Below are positions 39,001 through 52,042 of a DNA stretch of 64,000 nt, piece after piece. How positions within the stretch are numbered: position 1 is the first letter of the stretch; every line of letters starts with the position of its first letter. A program made the position numbers and the translations under genes. This DNA is from Nemertoderma westbladi. Taxonomy: Eukaryota > Animalia > Xenacoelomorpha. Where the stretch lies: the NCBI GenBank assembly GCA_032718475.1, contig JAUCBJ010003381.1:55453-119452 (forward strand), written 5' to 3'. Below the pieces are notes generated by a model. The model did no database searches. It was given only the letters and a program-made list of their open reading frames with translations, and was not told the DNA's origin.

Positions 39001-40260
39001 CCAGTTCGGTTTTCGGCCCAAAATTTCTACCTCGCACGCACTACTTTCGGTAATAGAAAAAATACACCAGGCACTAGACAATAAATACAATACATAATGC
39101 AATATACATAGATCTAAAGAAGGCATTTGATACCATCAATCACAAAATACTTTTAAATAAGCTAGGTTGCTATGGCGTGCGAGGCCTCCCTCTTCAATTA
39201 ATCTCTAGTTTTTTAGCACACAGACAGCAATATGTTACTATAGACTCTTGCTCATCATCTCTGCTGCCCCTAGTATGTGGCTTGCCCCAGGGCGGAGTTA
39301 TTTCTCCTCTTCTTTTCCTACTATATATTAATGGCCTGCCTAACGCTACCTTACTAGCTACGCTATTCGCTGATGATACTACTCTATTCCAATCAGGCAG
39401 TAACCTAACTGATCTAACAAACAACATTAACCTAGAACTTGACAAAATTGCTGACTGGCTAATAGACAACCGTCTATCTCTAAATCTAAAAAAAACAGAA
39501 GCTACTCTATTCTCTAACATACTGCAGCATAATACTGGCTTACCCTCACTGAAAATAAATAATAATAAAATCAACACAACGGCTAGCACTAAATTCTTAG
39601 GGGTATATGTGGATAACAAATTAAATTGGAAAACTCATTGACTATATTAAAACTAAGATATCCAAATCTGCTGGTATCTTCTATAAGCTACGCCACATAT
39701 TCCCACTTCGAATTCTCAGACAGCTCTATTACTCACTTATACATCCCTACCTCTCATACGGTATCTCACTATGGGGTTCTACCCATTCTAGTACTCTGAA
39801 ACCTCTACGAATTGAAATAAATAAAATAGTTAGATGTATCACATTCAATCACTACCAGGCCTCTTCTAATCCTATCTACAAATCTCTATCTATACTTCCA
39901 CTGGACTTACTATATAAATATCAAGTAGGTCTACTTATGTACGACTTAAACTCCACTACTAATCATTTACCTACTACAATACAAGATTTATTTAGGAAAA
40001 CGTCTACAGTACATAAATACCATACTCGCTCTGCTACCCATGGGGACTTCTATATACAAACTTGTCGTCTAACGTCGTCACAACAATCCATGAGCTTTCA
40101 AGGTCCTCTTATATGGAACAACATACCGTTAAATATAAAAAATTGTAAGTCCTAATCTAGTTTCACTAAAAAATTTAAAAACCAGTTACTTTCTTCAATC
40201 ACATAAACCTAAAATTACTTTTCATCTTCTTAATCTTCAATCATCTTCATAACTAATATT
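36095..40260 (+). mobile_element. Degenerate CR1-group LINE: ORF1 C-terminal remnant, then PHD-like finger + APE + RT ORF2 with frameshifts and stops
   Basis: An uncalled frame at 36170-36375 reads RPIIIRF...VYASEHLTTRRSAILREAK...YTRNGSVFVK (ORF1 C-terminal-type). ORF 36946 has CNFC..CSLC..H..C..CIYC, FNCRSL and SETFL. Further motifs: CIDHI, SDH, NYRPISLL, PQGGVISP, FADD, KFLG. Confidence 0.9.
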
Positions 40261-40289
40261 TTTTCTCCACATCATTTCGCTCAGCAGAC

Positions 40290-42534
40290 TATATGAATCT
40301 ACTGCGGATAGATATGAGTCGGGTTGACTGATGTAGAAGATGCGGTACACATAGATGTGTCTTTTTTATCTGAATCTAGAATAAACCCAGACCCAGACCC
40401 AGTCCCTGCCCTTGTCCAGATAATTGCCCTTCCTGACCCAGCCCTTGTCCCTGCCCCTGCCCTAATTCCTACCCCAGCCATTGTTCCTGTCCCAGACCCA
40501 GTCCCTGCCCTTGTCCAGATCATTGCCCTTCCTGACCCAGCCTTTGTCCCTGCCCCTGCCCTAATTCCTACCCCAGCCATTGTTCCTGTCCCAGACCCAG
40601 TCCGTGCCCTTGTCCAGATCCTTGCCCATCCTGACCCAGCCCTTGTCCCAGCCCCTGCTTATTCCTACCCCAGCCCCTGTACCTGTCCCAGACCCAGTCC
40701 GTGCCCTTGTCCAGATCCTTGCCCATCCTGACCCAGCCCTTGTCCCAGCCCCTGCCCTTATTCCTACCCCAGCCCTTGTTCCTGTCCCAGACCCAGTCCC
40801 TACCCTTGTCCCAGCCCCTGCTTATTCCTACCCCAGCCCCTGTACCTGTCCCAGACCCAGTCCCTGCCCTTGTCCCTGGCCCTGCCCTTGTCCCGATCCT
40901 TGCCCCTCCTGACCCAGTCCCTATCCCGGTCCTTGTCCCTGCTTCAACTCCTGCCCTTGCCCGGCCGTCTGCTTCCAACCATGCTGAGGGTGAGTTATGA
41001 TATTTTATAACAACTGTATCTCTAGTTCTGTGGTATGTAAACATTATAAAAACAACATACATTACAATGCGTTTTGCAGGGCTACTTACAACTGTTCACT
41101 CTTGCTAAGTTATTATAACCAAATAATTAAATAAAATAAATGCTTGGTTGCTCTGTACCAAACAACTGTACTAATTACATTAAATACAGTAGGTATCGTA
41201 CATATTAATTGACTTACTTTATAGAGTTTCTACCAACTAATAATTCAATATAATGCAATGATTACTTAATATTATTATTATTATTATTTGCAGAACACAT
41301 CGATCGTCTCGTCGACTTTCTACTGTCCCTGAATACATCTCAGGACTTTGAAGCACCTATTCCCGCTGGCGCTGAGGAAAATATCGCGCCACCTATCGCC
41401 GCCTCCCGATAACGTAGTAGACCCTGTCCCCATCCCTGTCCCGGACCCCGCCACTGTCCCCGCACGACCGACTGCTTCCGACCACGGCGAGGGTGAGTTA
41501 TTAAGTGCTTCTATAATACTATATCTCTTATTATTTATTATAATTTTTTACATGCTGCATCTTCAACATAATAATAATAATACCCAATAAAATTAACAAC
41601 AAATTTGTTTGGTACATAAACTGTATTATACTGAGTACAATGATTACTGTACGGTATATTATTATTATTTGCAGGACATATCGATCGTCTCGTCGAGTTT
41701 ATCCTGTCCCTGAATCCATCTCAGGACGTTGCCGACCCCGTCCCTGTCCCTGTCCCTGCCCAGCCACCTACTTTCGACCACGATGAGGGTGAGTAGGTCT
41801 AATATATAATCATGAATCAGTAATGACTTACATATGAAATGTACGAGCTGCATGAAAGCTGCATTCTACTTACTACACTTAGTAGGCACACGTTTTTATA
41901 ATTATTTTATTATTTTTAAGGATTTTACAATAAAAGTATTCTAGAACATTCTTTTATGATATTAATATATTTATTTTTCTATATACTCTATCACGGTAAA
42001 ATTTTAGACATTCTGCCATATTACTGATAAATATTTTAAGGTCATTTTATATGCAATTTAATTAATACAAAATTTGTTGAAAGTTTCAGTTTAATAATTA
42101 TTATCGACCCAACTCATCCCCAAATAATTATCAACATCCATTTTATATATATTTTAATTACTGTATTGTACTGTGTGTCATCTACAACTGTACTGATTAC
42201 ATTCAGAAACATTACAGACTACATTTTAACTATCCACCCCCGCCCTGTTCGATTTATTCTACAGAGTTGATGACAAACTAATTATTGAATATTATGATTA
42301 TTTTGCAGACCACATCGACAACCTCATTCAGTTTTTACGGTCCCGAATTCCATCCCCGGTCGTTGCCGCTCCGAACCCACTTCGCGCTGATGGAGTTATC
42401 GCGCCGCTGATTCGCTCTCAGGACGTTGGAGCTCAGAACCGGAATCCACCTCGCGCTGACAGAGTTATCGCGCCGCCGAATATATCCCGGGACGTAGGAG
42501 CTTCAACCACCGCCCGTCCCGGGAGACACTGAGT
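40290..42534 (+). pseudogene. Spliced Pro-rich gene remnant of four paralogous exons (..40989, 41294-41492, 41675-41788, 42309-42534)
   Basis: Exons 2-4 start TTGCAG|..CA(C/T)ATCGA (HIDRLVDFL/HIDRLVEFI/HIDNLIQFL), and all four end GAG-N|GTGAGT. Exon 1 has a ~99-bp (33-aa PDPVPALVQ...) tandem repeat with frameshifts. Confidence 0.7.
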
Positions 42535-43789
42535 GTGAGTGGTTGTTATTATATTATATTTTTTTTAGAATATATTTATTTAACTTAGTACAACGCTTCT
42601 AGAATCCGTTTAATGACCGATTGAGTTCCTTTATATAATGGATCTTAGTTTGTGGTAGTTTGTGTAACTTCATTACACAAAGCCAGGTTGTAGAGTTCTG
42701 ATCCTCGTATATTTATTTGCACTCACTCACTACCTTCGTTCGTGTAACAAATTATTCGGATCAGGGCTTTATAAATAGTTTTGAATTAGTTTTAAATAAT
42801 TTAGTTTTAAATAATTTGAGAAGAGTAATAATATACATATTTTAATTAAATGGTTGAAGTTGTTGCTTATAATTAGAGCAAATGTTCATTCACATATTTA
42901 ATTAACCTTTAATTTATTTATATGCAATAATGCGTTATAAGTGTCCATTTAGTTAGCCAATATTATACGATGACCTACTAATTCGTCAGACTCTATTCGT
43001 TAAGTACAGGCTCTATTTTATTAATTAAAACAATGATATAATTTATAGCTAAAATGTTACAATTATCAAATATAATTTATCCACTTTTTTTTAACAATAA
43101 CTACAATATTTTTTATAATACTGTAGATTTTTGGTAACATGATAATTATATACACACAAAATACGATTGCTCTACATACTAATCGACCTTTGGTGCCTTC
43201 ACTAGTTTCTGTATATTTTTTTTATAATATTTGGCAATAATCCATTAATTGGTAATCGTACCTTTGTTATTGTTTTGGTTCGAAAAGCCTGTTTCATAAA
43301 CCATGTCGCTGCCATCCGTCAATGTGTGATGTTGTACAGTATATTGCTTTCGTCAGAAAAGACCTTCTTTCATTTCACTTATGATTTACTTTATCTTTTA
43401 CTTTTTTTTATTAGAAAACCTGGTCTCTGCTAAATTCACCCAATGCAATAAGGACAGTAAAATCATGTAAAGTGCTTTCTGTTTGCACTGCTTTGCTAAA
43501 CTCAATGTTCACTTTGTGATGTCATGTACGCGACTACCACCCCCCCCCCCCCCCCTCCCCCACCCCTTTGTTATTATATAATATTTGTATTAATTTTTTA
43601 TATATTAAAATAGGTCGACTTAGTTAACCATTACGAACACTTGGGGTAATGTTTCGACCGGCTCTGCGTTTCATAGAAATGATAAAGTATAGTAGGCCTA
43701 CATATATAAAATGTAGAACGGAAACCCTTTCAAAATCATATATAAATATGCCCTAAATCCTAAATATACTACTGTACATTAATTTTCAC

Positions 43790-44240
43790 AATTAATTTTT
43801 TTATCACTTAAATTAATCATTCCTCCTCAATTTTTATTGCGTTTTTTCGCTAAAATTAATCATTCTCCACTAAAATTGATCATTCTCCATCTCCACTGAA
43901 ATTAATCATTCATAACTATTTTTTATTGGAATTGGAATTCGAAATACCGGTACATATTTTATTGGTTATAAAAGCTCACCTCTGTAACCTGCAACTTCCC
44001 CCAATTGGTAACAACACTGTTTATTGTTTTGGTTATAAAAGCCTGACTATGTAACCTGCTCATTTCCCCCAGTTGGTAACAACACTGTTTATTGTTTTGG
44101 TTTTAAAAGCCTACCTCTGTAACGAATTGATTTAATTTGGTGGAAAATTAATTAATTTTAGTGATAATTGATTCATTTTAGTGATACGTGAATCATTTTA
44201 GTGATAAGTAATTAAATTCAGTGTAAATGATTAAATTATT
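43790..44240. repeat. AT-rich foldback structure enclosing ~2.5 copies of the 68-bp core repeat
   Basis: CTAAAATTRATCATT-type repeats on the left and ATTTTAGTGA repeats on the right. TGTAAC(CTGC) at 43983, 44050 and 44118, with GTTTATTGTTTTGGTT between. Confidence 0.6.
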
Positions 44241-44264
44241 ATTAAATTATGTCATTTATTTCAG

Positions 44265-47200
44265 GATTTAATGTTCAATTAGTGCAGATGATGAACACCT
44301 CGTTTCTTTACCTCCTCATACCCGAAACGATAGTTTTCCCGAAGCGTTTCGTGAGATTCTTGGTAGAACTGGCAAAATTGTTCCGACCATTTACATGATC
44401 AGGAAGCGAACATCAGAGGAAATTCGAGACAACCACCATCATTATCGAAACCAATTGAATATGAATAGTACCGAGTTTATTCGTATGGTTAGACAGTAGG
44501 TAGTGAACCGTATTCAATTGTCATGATTGAAGCTGTAGCTCAGGCTTTTAGGATACGAATGAATATTCATGACTCGCAATTAAATAGGATAGTAACGTAT
44601 GGCACGAGTGAATCTATTGTCAATATTGGAAAACTTAATAGACTCCTTCTTTTTTATTTCTTTATTACCTAATTCTAGTATCATTCAAGGATCCAGTGGA
44701 ATACTATTGGAGGAATCTATGGAATTAGATATCGAACCCCAACTTGACCAACCTCCTCAGGAACCAACTAACTGTAATTGTCCACAGAAACGCGTAGAGC
44801 ACCCTTCTAAACCGGAACTTCCAAAACACCTGAAATCAGGTCGAAACTTGGTTGCTGTCTGTGATAATTGTAAACGAAACTCAACTATATTTTATGATCT
44901 CGATATTCATTTCCGCATTGGTGAGTTTAACGGAAAAAAATATGGTACAGTTCAATTTCAACACCAGTTAACTCTTCCAAAGTTGTGCACTGAATGTGCA
45001 GTTTACTTGTCCAGCGACGATTAGAAGGCAGTGAATGGTGTAAGTACATTTGGCCTAGTCTGGTGTGGTCTCTTCTACATACTGAACAAGAAAACTTCTT
45101 CCCGATCAAGTCTGGTCTGTATTGCCATACACAATTCGCGATATGTGGAAAAGTATTGTAGGACATGAAGAAATATCAACCGTGTTTGTTGACAAAACTC
45201 ACGAGCGCTATATCGTAGAGGCATTACTTGCGACAAAGGATCTAGGTTTTCTAAAAGAAGCAATGGAATTAGTTTCGTTTCCTGAAGTTAAGTGCCCTTT
45301 TGGTTGTTGGCAATACATAGATAGCGAATACTGTCAGGAAATGCCTATTCGTCATTTTATCTCTTATATATCCGAATTCCATATTCCTAATTCTCAACCA
45401 GAATTATTGAGGTCATCGCGCCCTGACTGGCCATCAGTAGGTACCAACTATTTAGGATACTTTATTGCACCAACAGTTGTAATATCCGAGAAGAATGGGT
45501 TAAGTATACTTTATTGTAGGGAGCATAAGAACTTGAAACAATCGACCATTTTTATTCCACGCAATCCAATATCAGAACAGCATGATAATCAAGCATATGA
45601 CACTCTTGCACCTTGTACTCTCACACCCAATGTTGTTAGACAGGCTCGTTTTAATACATATTATGGCTCTTCGTATGTTATTGATGCAGTGGGTGGCTAT
45701 CATGGAATTTCCTCTTCCTCTCTTATTCCTAATGCAGATGTAGATAACAATCCATTTGAACAACGTTATATGGACCGTTTCCTTATATCTAGTCGTCCAG
45801 ATATTCGACAAAACTTGTTAAATGATCCAAATAAATTAATCGGAATTAATCAAACAATTTAATATGAGTTCCCATAACAATACTGACAAAATAGCAGCCT
45901 GCAAGGCCGGAGGATCTTATATAAACTCATCTGACGCATATGTATTATGGAAAACAAAGCATACTACTGATCAATGTGCCGTAGGGGAAGATTGTGGTAT
46001 CCCACCAGAGAAGTTATTCATAACTATTGTTCACCCAGCTGACAAATATGGATGTCGCTCTTACATTTTAGATGGCAATAGAACTGTAAATCAAGAACTG
46101 TTTGTGTCTGAAGTGCAACAAGTGCAACACGGTCATCATTATCCAGATTTTCAATGGTCTCCTTCTCAGGTTATATCATTTATTGTGATTCACTGTTGTC
46201 AAGTCTACAATTATGCCATATTGATGGCAGTCGAATGTAGGAATTCATTTGTAACAAAAGTTTTATCATCAGTTGCATTCCATGGTCATTTCAATAACCG
46301 TACATCCTCTACATTAACCAATTCCCTTTTAAGTAAAGAACTCATTGGTGTTAGGTCTACTATTAATGGTGATGTATCCCAGGCATTGTTAGTTGCAAAA
46401 ATATTGGATGCTCTCACTGAAAAAGTTACAATAATCTGTAATGAAAACCCTTCTTTTGACATAGTTCCCAATGATACTCCAACAGATCATTTAGTTGTTA
46501 TTATTAAGCCAATAAATTCGCTTGTACGAGATTTTGTTTTACCCACTGAACTGAATAATAATCGCCCACTCTTAATCACTCTCTCATCCAAAAAAGAAGA
46601 AGGTGCCTTATTTCGCTGGAAAGATACTTTGCAATGGTGGTCGGTTAAGGGTAAAGTTGTAAGGAAAGAGGTAGATTATCATATAATTTTTAGGTATAAT
46701 TTAGGTTTTGCAGTAGATGATACTTTGTCGAATGATTATGTGATGCGGGCTCTTGGATGGCAAACTATCTATAAATGTGGCAATGAACTACATGATTTTT
46801 TGGTTAAGGAAAGTTGTGACACCAAACGAGTATGTTACTATCGTAATTGTGAACGAAAGGCTATATATGGCTGTGCATCATTGACCACTGGGCTTACTTG
46901 TGGAACAGGGATTTGCCATCAACACTTTGGGAATGACATCAATACCCTTACCTCGGATCCTGTGTTAATAAACTCTAATACCATAGTACATCAAGCTTTG
47001 CAAGAAGATGTTACAGAAGATCTAAATTATGGAATTATAGATGATATTTTACATAATGATATTAATACATCTGATAATGATAATGAAGGACTCTTAGAAT
47101 ATGTGAAACTCTGGATCTACTACATACACGGTCGGAATTAACTCCTATTATTAGTGCAGAAGATTATACAGGATTTGGTAGCCATATTCTTTTAAACGAT

Positions 47201-50003
47201 ACATATGGGACCTTGAGACGTGGTCGTCGTAAATATTCCAGTGCAAAGGAACAACAGTTACTCCATCATTTTGCCTCTAATACATCGAATCCTGCTGTCT
47301 CCCTTCTATTTCCTTCAGTGCAGTTGATACCAAGCACATATTGGGCAATGACAGATAATTCTCCTCTTGGTGCTGCACCACAATCTCAACTATTTCAAAG
47401 AATTTCAAAAATGCAATTTGCTCCTCGTAAAACATCTGAGATTCTCAAGATCAACCTATGTGATGGTGACCTGCCTACCTCTCATCAACTCTCTAATATA
47501 CACTGGGCGTTTGATCTTAAACTCAATGATGCCCTTAACAATAATTCATCAGCAATGGTTTATCGGCGTGGATTGGAACATGTGGCTGAGAAATAAAGCC
47601 TTCATGTACAACGTCAAGATTCTGGCTTACCTTACAGTGAGAGTGAATCATCTATGAAAGTGCGAGATCTTGCAGCAATGGTGAAACGTTATCCATGGGA
47701 TTATTTTGTGACAGTCACGTATAATGAAAGTGAAACTCCGGGAGTAGCACTCTTGTTCGACGGATGAAGGAAATAGTTGAACACGAATATTTGGAAGAGT
47801 GTACTTGTCTAACATATTATTTGTTAATTGCGCTTGGGCCAGATTCCTAAAATACTTTATTCAGTATCTTCAGACGAGTCCAGATGAGGTTTGCGGGCCG
47901 CACCGTCGTAGTTTCTCACGTATCGAGTTTCAAGATCAAGGGGCACCAGGTAATAAATGTCACATTCATATTGGTATTTCCTTGTGGCCAGAAGACAGGA
48001 CTACAATCTTAGAGCAAATTCACTGCAATCCTACTACATTAGCTGAACATGAAGAATTATATGAATATGGAGAATATCGAACGAAAGTGAAACTGGATAA
48101 ACGTCTCATTGGTGGCCGGTTTCAATACCCAACACAATCACCCCCTACATTTTTACCAACCATTCCTTTACTGCAACTATTTCTACGATCATGTTTTAAT
48201 TGTCAAGCGTGCGATAGTCATTTCATGACTTCTTATCTGATCAAGTACGAAGTTGGCAAAGAAAGTCGACCAAAGGCAATACTCAAAGGAACAAAGGAGC
48301 CAGAAGTTGTTAAGGTGCAGACATCTACGCTTGAAAATGAGAAAATTTCGGGCAACGCCTTATTCTAGATAAATTACGTAAAGAACCGCAAGGCATGGCA
48401 GCTACAGCGATCAGTATCCCAGAACTGATATGGTATATTATGGAGGAGCCATACACATTCAGTACTTGTAAATTTGTACATATAAACACTAATCCACCAG
48501 AATATTGGTGTTGGTATGTTCCTCCTAACTATGATGCAAAGGAAGATCGCACAAATCCGGGGTCTATAGGAGATTTTGTACCACCATTGGATGCTAGGAA
48601 AGTTGAAGCTGTTCCTCTTTGGCGTCGATTTTCTCCAGCACAAGAACGGCATGCTCGTGAGTATTTGTCATCGGATTTTATACACCATAATACAGAGATG
48701 TTTAATATCCGTCCACCAGAGTTGCTAGCTATAAAGAAACTTGCTCTATATCACGAGATTGTTGTTCCTAATAAAGGAAGGTTCAGTGGAAATAGTGATA
48801 TATTTCTTTGAGATCCTTTGACAATACCTCTTTATGATGGCTGTGGTAACAATATTAAATTGAGACGATCTGGAATCGAAAAACTTAGAGCTTATGTTAA
48901 CGCACTTGGAGAAATACATGAACCGGTTATTATTCAATGTAGTTTAGATTTCCTTCATTGCCTCCTCAATGCCTGGATACAGAAGCCAATGCAGAAGAAC
49001 AGCCAACGACTAAAATATTTGTAGATGAAAGTGAAAGTGGTGAAGTTATACCAGTAGTGAAAGATGTACATCCAAGGGAACGAATTAAATTCGTAAACCA
49101 TATTATACTAGCATTAGGTACTTATGAGACAGAATTTGATATATTTGATAATACCACAGGTTTCCATATACCGTTCCAACGTGTAGGACTTATTCGAGAC
49201 TCAAATAATATAGTTCAAGAGGAAATTACAGGAGTTCTTAGGCGATATCTTTATGAGCTCTGCATCCATCTCCCTCTCCGTAAAAGACAATTCCAAGAAT
49301 ACGTCAAACTGTCCAAAGCAGCCATTCATTCTGTACTGGGTGGAGGTGTGGAATATACCAGTGATCTCCCAGATGTTTCTGAAATAGCCATAAAGGAGAA
49401 GGCCAAGGAGGTTATTAACATTATTGCTATGGAGCATCGTACAACATTGTCAAAGAATCTTATTGATGCCATGGCTCCCAAGATGGATGATGTACCCAAT
49501 ATAACCGAAGTGGTAGGAGCTACAGTTGAAAGTCCAATATTCTGGTATCCTATTTTACCAACAGTTCCTCATCAGTCAGAGGCCAGCATAATTGAGCAGG
49601 GTATTACTCTCAACAAGGCAACGAATACAATAGACGAATTCAAGGATCCAACCCACCTTTCCAATCGTTTTCCATGCTTTGTTGGCCCACCAGAAGCAGG
49701 TAAGACATTTCTAGTGCAAGCAGTTTCCCTCTATGCTGTGTTGCGGATTGAATGTGGTATTGACATCTTTAACATCTGAAAGGGCACATTCACTAGGAGG
49801 AATACACTTACACCAGTTATTTCCCTTAGAGGTTACCAAGAAAAAACTTTCACCTGATTCAATGGCAACACATACTATTAAGGCGCTACAACGTTCTGAC
49901 GCTAAATAAATGGTTCTATTACAAAGAATGGATGTTTTAGTTATTGAGGAGATTGGACTAATTTCTGCAGAACAGTGTGGTGTTTTGGATACAGTAATGA
50001 AGC
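44265..50003 (+). pseudogene. Degenerate Helitron-like HUH Rep / PIF1-family helicase gene with a long Cys-rich N-terminal region; truncated by the LTR insertion
   Basis: Chain of plus-strand ORFs 44599-50003. Rep motifs: YFVTVTYN (~47700), RIEFQDQGAPGNKCHIHIGI and YLIKY. Helicase motifs: GPPEAGKTF, ERAHSLGGIHLHQLF (~49780-49820) and VLVIEEIGLIS. Confidence 0.8.
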
Positions 50004-52042
50004 TGTTAAACAACCGCGACACCTATACTAACAGCAGAACTGTTGAACAGACAAATACCCGTATACCTCTCTGCCAACCTAATGAGCTCTCGCCTAACCA
50101 ATAAGACACAAAGACTGCTCTACTGTTAAGTAAAGGGGATCAGGAGCGTGCTATTACTAAATTGTAAGGGTTGCTAAATACAAAACCGCTACTTACCGTT
50201 GGATGGCGCTAATCTGCCGTCCGCTAATATATTTTACTAAATTTACACAGCTCCTGCAAAATCGCTTGTTCCTTTCTCTACCGATCGCTCGATAGAGAGC
50301 TAACTGTTCGAATCTATGAGCCACGCGGGAATAACCAAAACAATAAACCCGAGTCGGCTCCCTAAGCTTACTTAAGACGAGTGCGAGGGGCTTTGCACTC
50401 AGAGTATATTCTTACGCCTAATTTTACTACTGTTGAAGTACGCTAATGCCTACGTCTTTTCTAATCGCGAATACGGAGGGTTCCCTAACGAAATGTGTGA
50501 ATGCGAGAATATTTAAATAAATCAAAATTGGTACAGTACAATGTCTTTCGTGGGTGATACCGCTCTGGGTCTAAACTTGCCTGCAGCTGGCTTTAGGCCA
50601 GCAATTCACTAGTGTCTTGCGTACTAACTATTGCGATCTAGTTTATTGCCCGCTAATTCAAATAACCGCTCAGCGTGAATAGTTTACGGTACTCTAATTA
50701 TTACCTTAGCTACTCTCCGCTATGCTGCGTACTAATTCTTAATTTTACTAATTAATTACAGTCACAAATATGTAACAGCCTAAAATACTGTATTACTTTG
50801 ACCTAATCAGTAATTATTTACAGTAAACTAAGAGATAGAAATCAATCAAAGGGAAAAGAGCGCCTATCTAAGCATTCGTAATCTTAGGCACACTTTAGTA
50901 ACACATCAATCAGAGTCAGCAATCACGGATCACAATAGCACGACTTGCAATTATACAATCTGCAATTATATAATTCGCAACTTACTTACGTACTTACCCA
51001 CTTACTTACTGTAAGGTATGCAGGCCCCTCCCGGGTACATCTAGGCTTCCTAACTAACCCAATTCCTGCCCCCTAATACTAAATAGAGACAAAACCTTGG
51101 ATCATCAGCCCCCTAATTACTGTACCGGCGAGCGGTCTCCAACCTACAGTCCAAATTGCCCGACCACAACGTTGACCCCCGCCAGCGTTGCCCGCCTTTG
51201 AATCCTCCGCTCTCCCTTAGTCGCCCAACCCCCCGATGTGCCCACCGCCTACTGGCACCTTAGCCCTCCATTATGCTAATAGCTACCGTAGCGGCGCATG
51301 CAAATCACAAAGTCTGACAGTCTCAGAAATCCCTTAGGATTATTGCGCAGAAAGGAATCACATAGAACCATTAATCAAAAAGTAGAAATCATAGTTCAGT
51401 TGTAATTAGCAGTAATCGAAGGAATTAATTGAGAAACACAATCGAGAGTAATCGCACATGTGAGGTGTCATGGTAAGGCTCTACCGGCACACCGCCAATT
51501 TATAGGTGATCCGGATGGGGTGATGCAATAGGGTGACTCAATCGCTCTCCTATTGGCTCTCCAGTCCGTGCTAGCATTAGACCAACCTGGAAGCAGTTAA
51601 TCCAATAAGGAGGCCGGATTGTAGCCCTATTGCTTGCCCAAACCTCGAATTATTACCATATATGGTAATGGTTCAAGTCTCTGGCTGCTGAATGGCCAGG
51701 ACAGCGTCCCTATATGCTAGCCCTATCAAACTAACATCAGCAAGCACAAAATCCAGGGTCCGAATAAACTCGCTACCCTGGAACTATCTACATATATCCT
51801 AATACAAAATTACGTAGGTAGGGCTACATACTATACAAAATGGATGGATTCAAATATATGGGTGTTTCGATTTCCCTATCTAAATATCATTGCGTTATTA
51901 TGCCTTATCTAAAATATTATGCTGCACAACGGACTAATATTACATACAGTATAACGGACTGATATTGTGTACAGTATAACGACTAATATTGCATACTGCA
52001 TAATGACTAATATATGTGGATACAGCGCCATATACCGTAACA
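50004..52042 (-). mobile_element. Putative ~2-kb 3' LTR
   Basis: The minus strand reads TGTTA (52042)...TAACA (50004), a 5-bp terminal inverted repeat. The 5' LTR is outside the window, so the boundaries are unconfirmed. Confidence 0.55.
51499..51556 (-). promoter_or_regulatory. Candidate Pol II promoter in the LTR (CCAAT, AP-1-like TGAGTCA, TATAAA)
   Basis: On the minus strand: CCAAT at 51556-52, TGAGTCA at 51540-34 and TATAAA at 51504-51499, in canonical order. Confidence 0.4.

Noticed and set aside
40299-41062. Gly/Ala/Thr-rich minus-strand ORFs
   Set aside because: Antisense of the Pro-rich repeat. Splice signals support the plus strand.
4243-43560. Many long poly-G/poly-C runs as a functional G-quadruplex system
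   Set aside because: Scattered, variable in length between paralogous copies and mostly inside repeats. Homopolymer lengths are also unreliable in sequencing.
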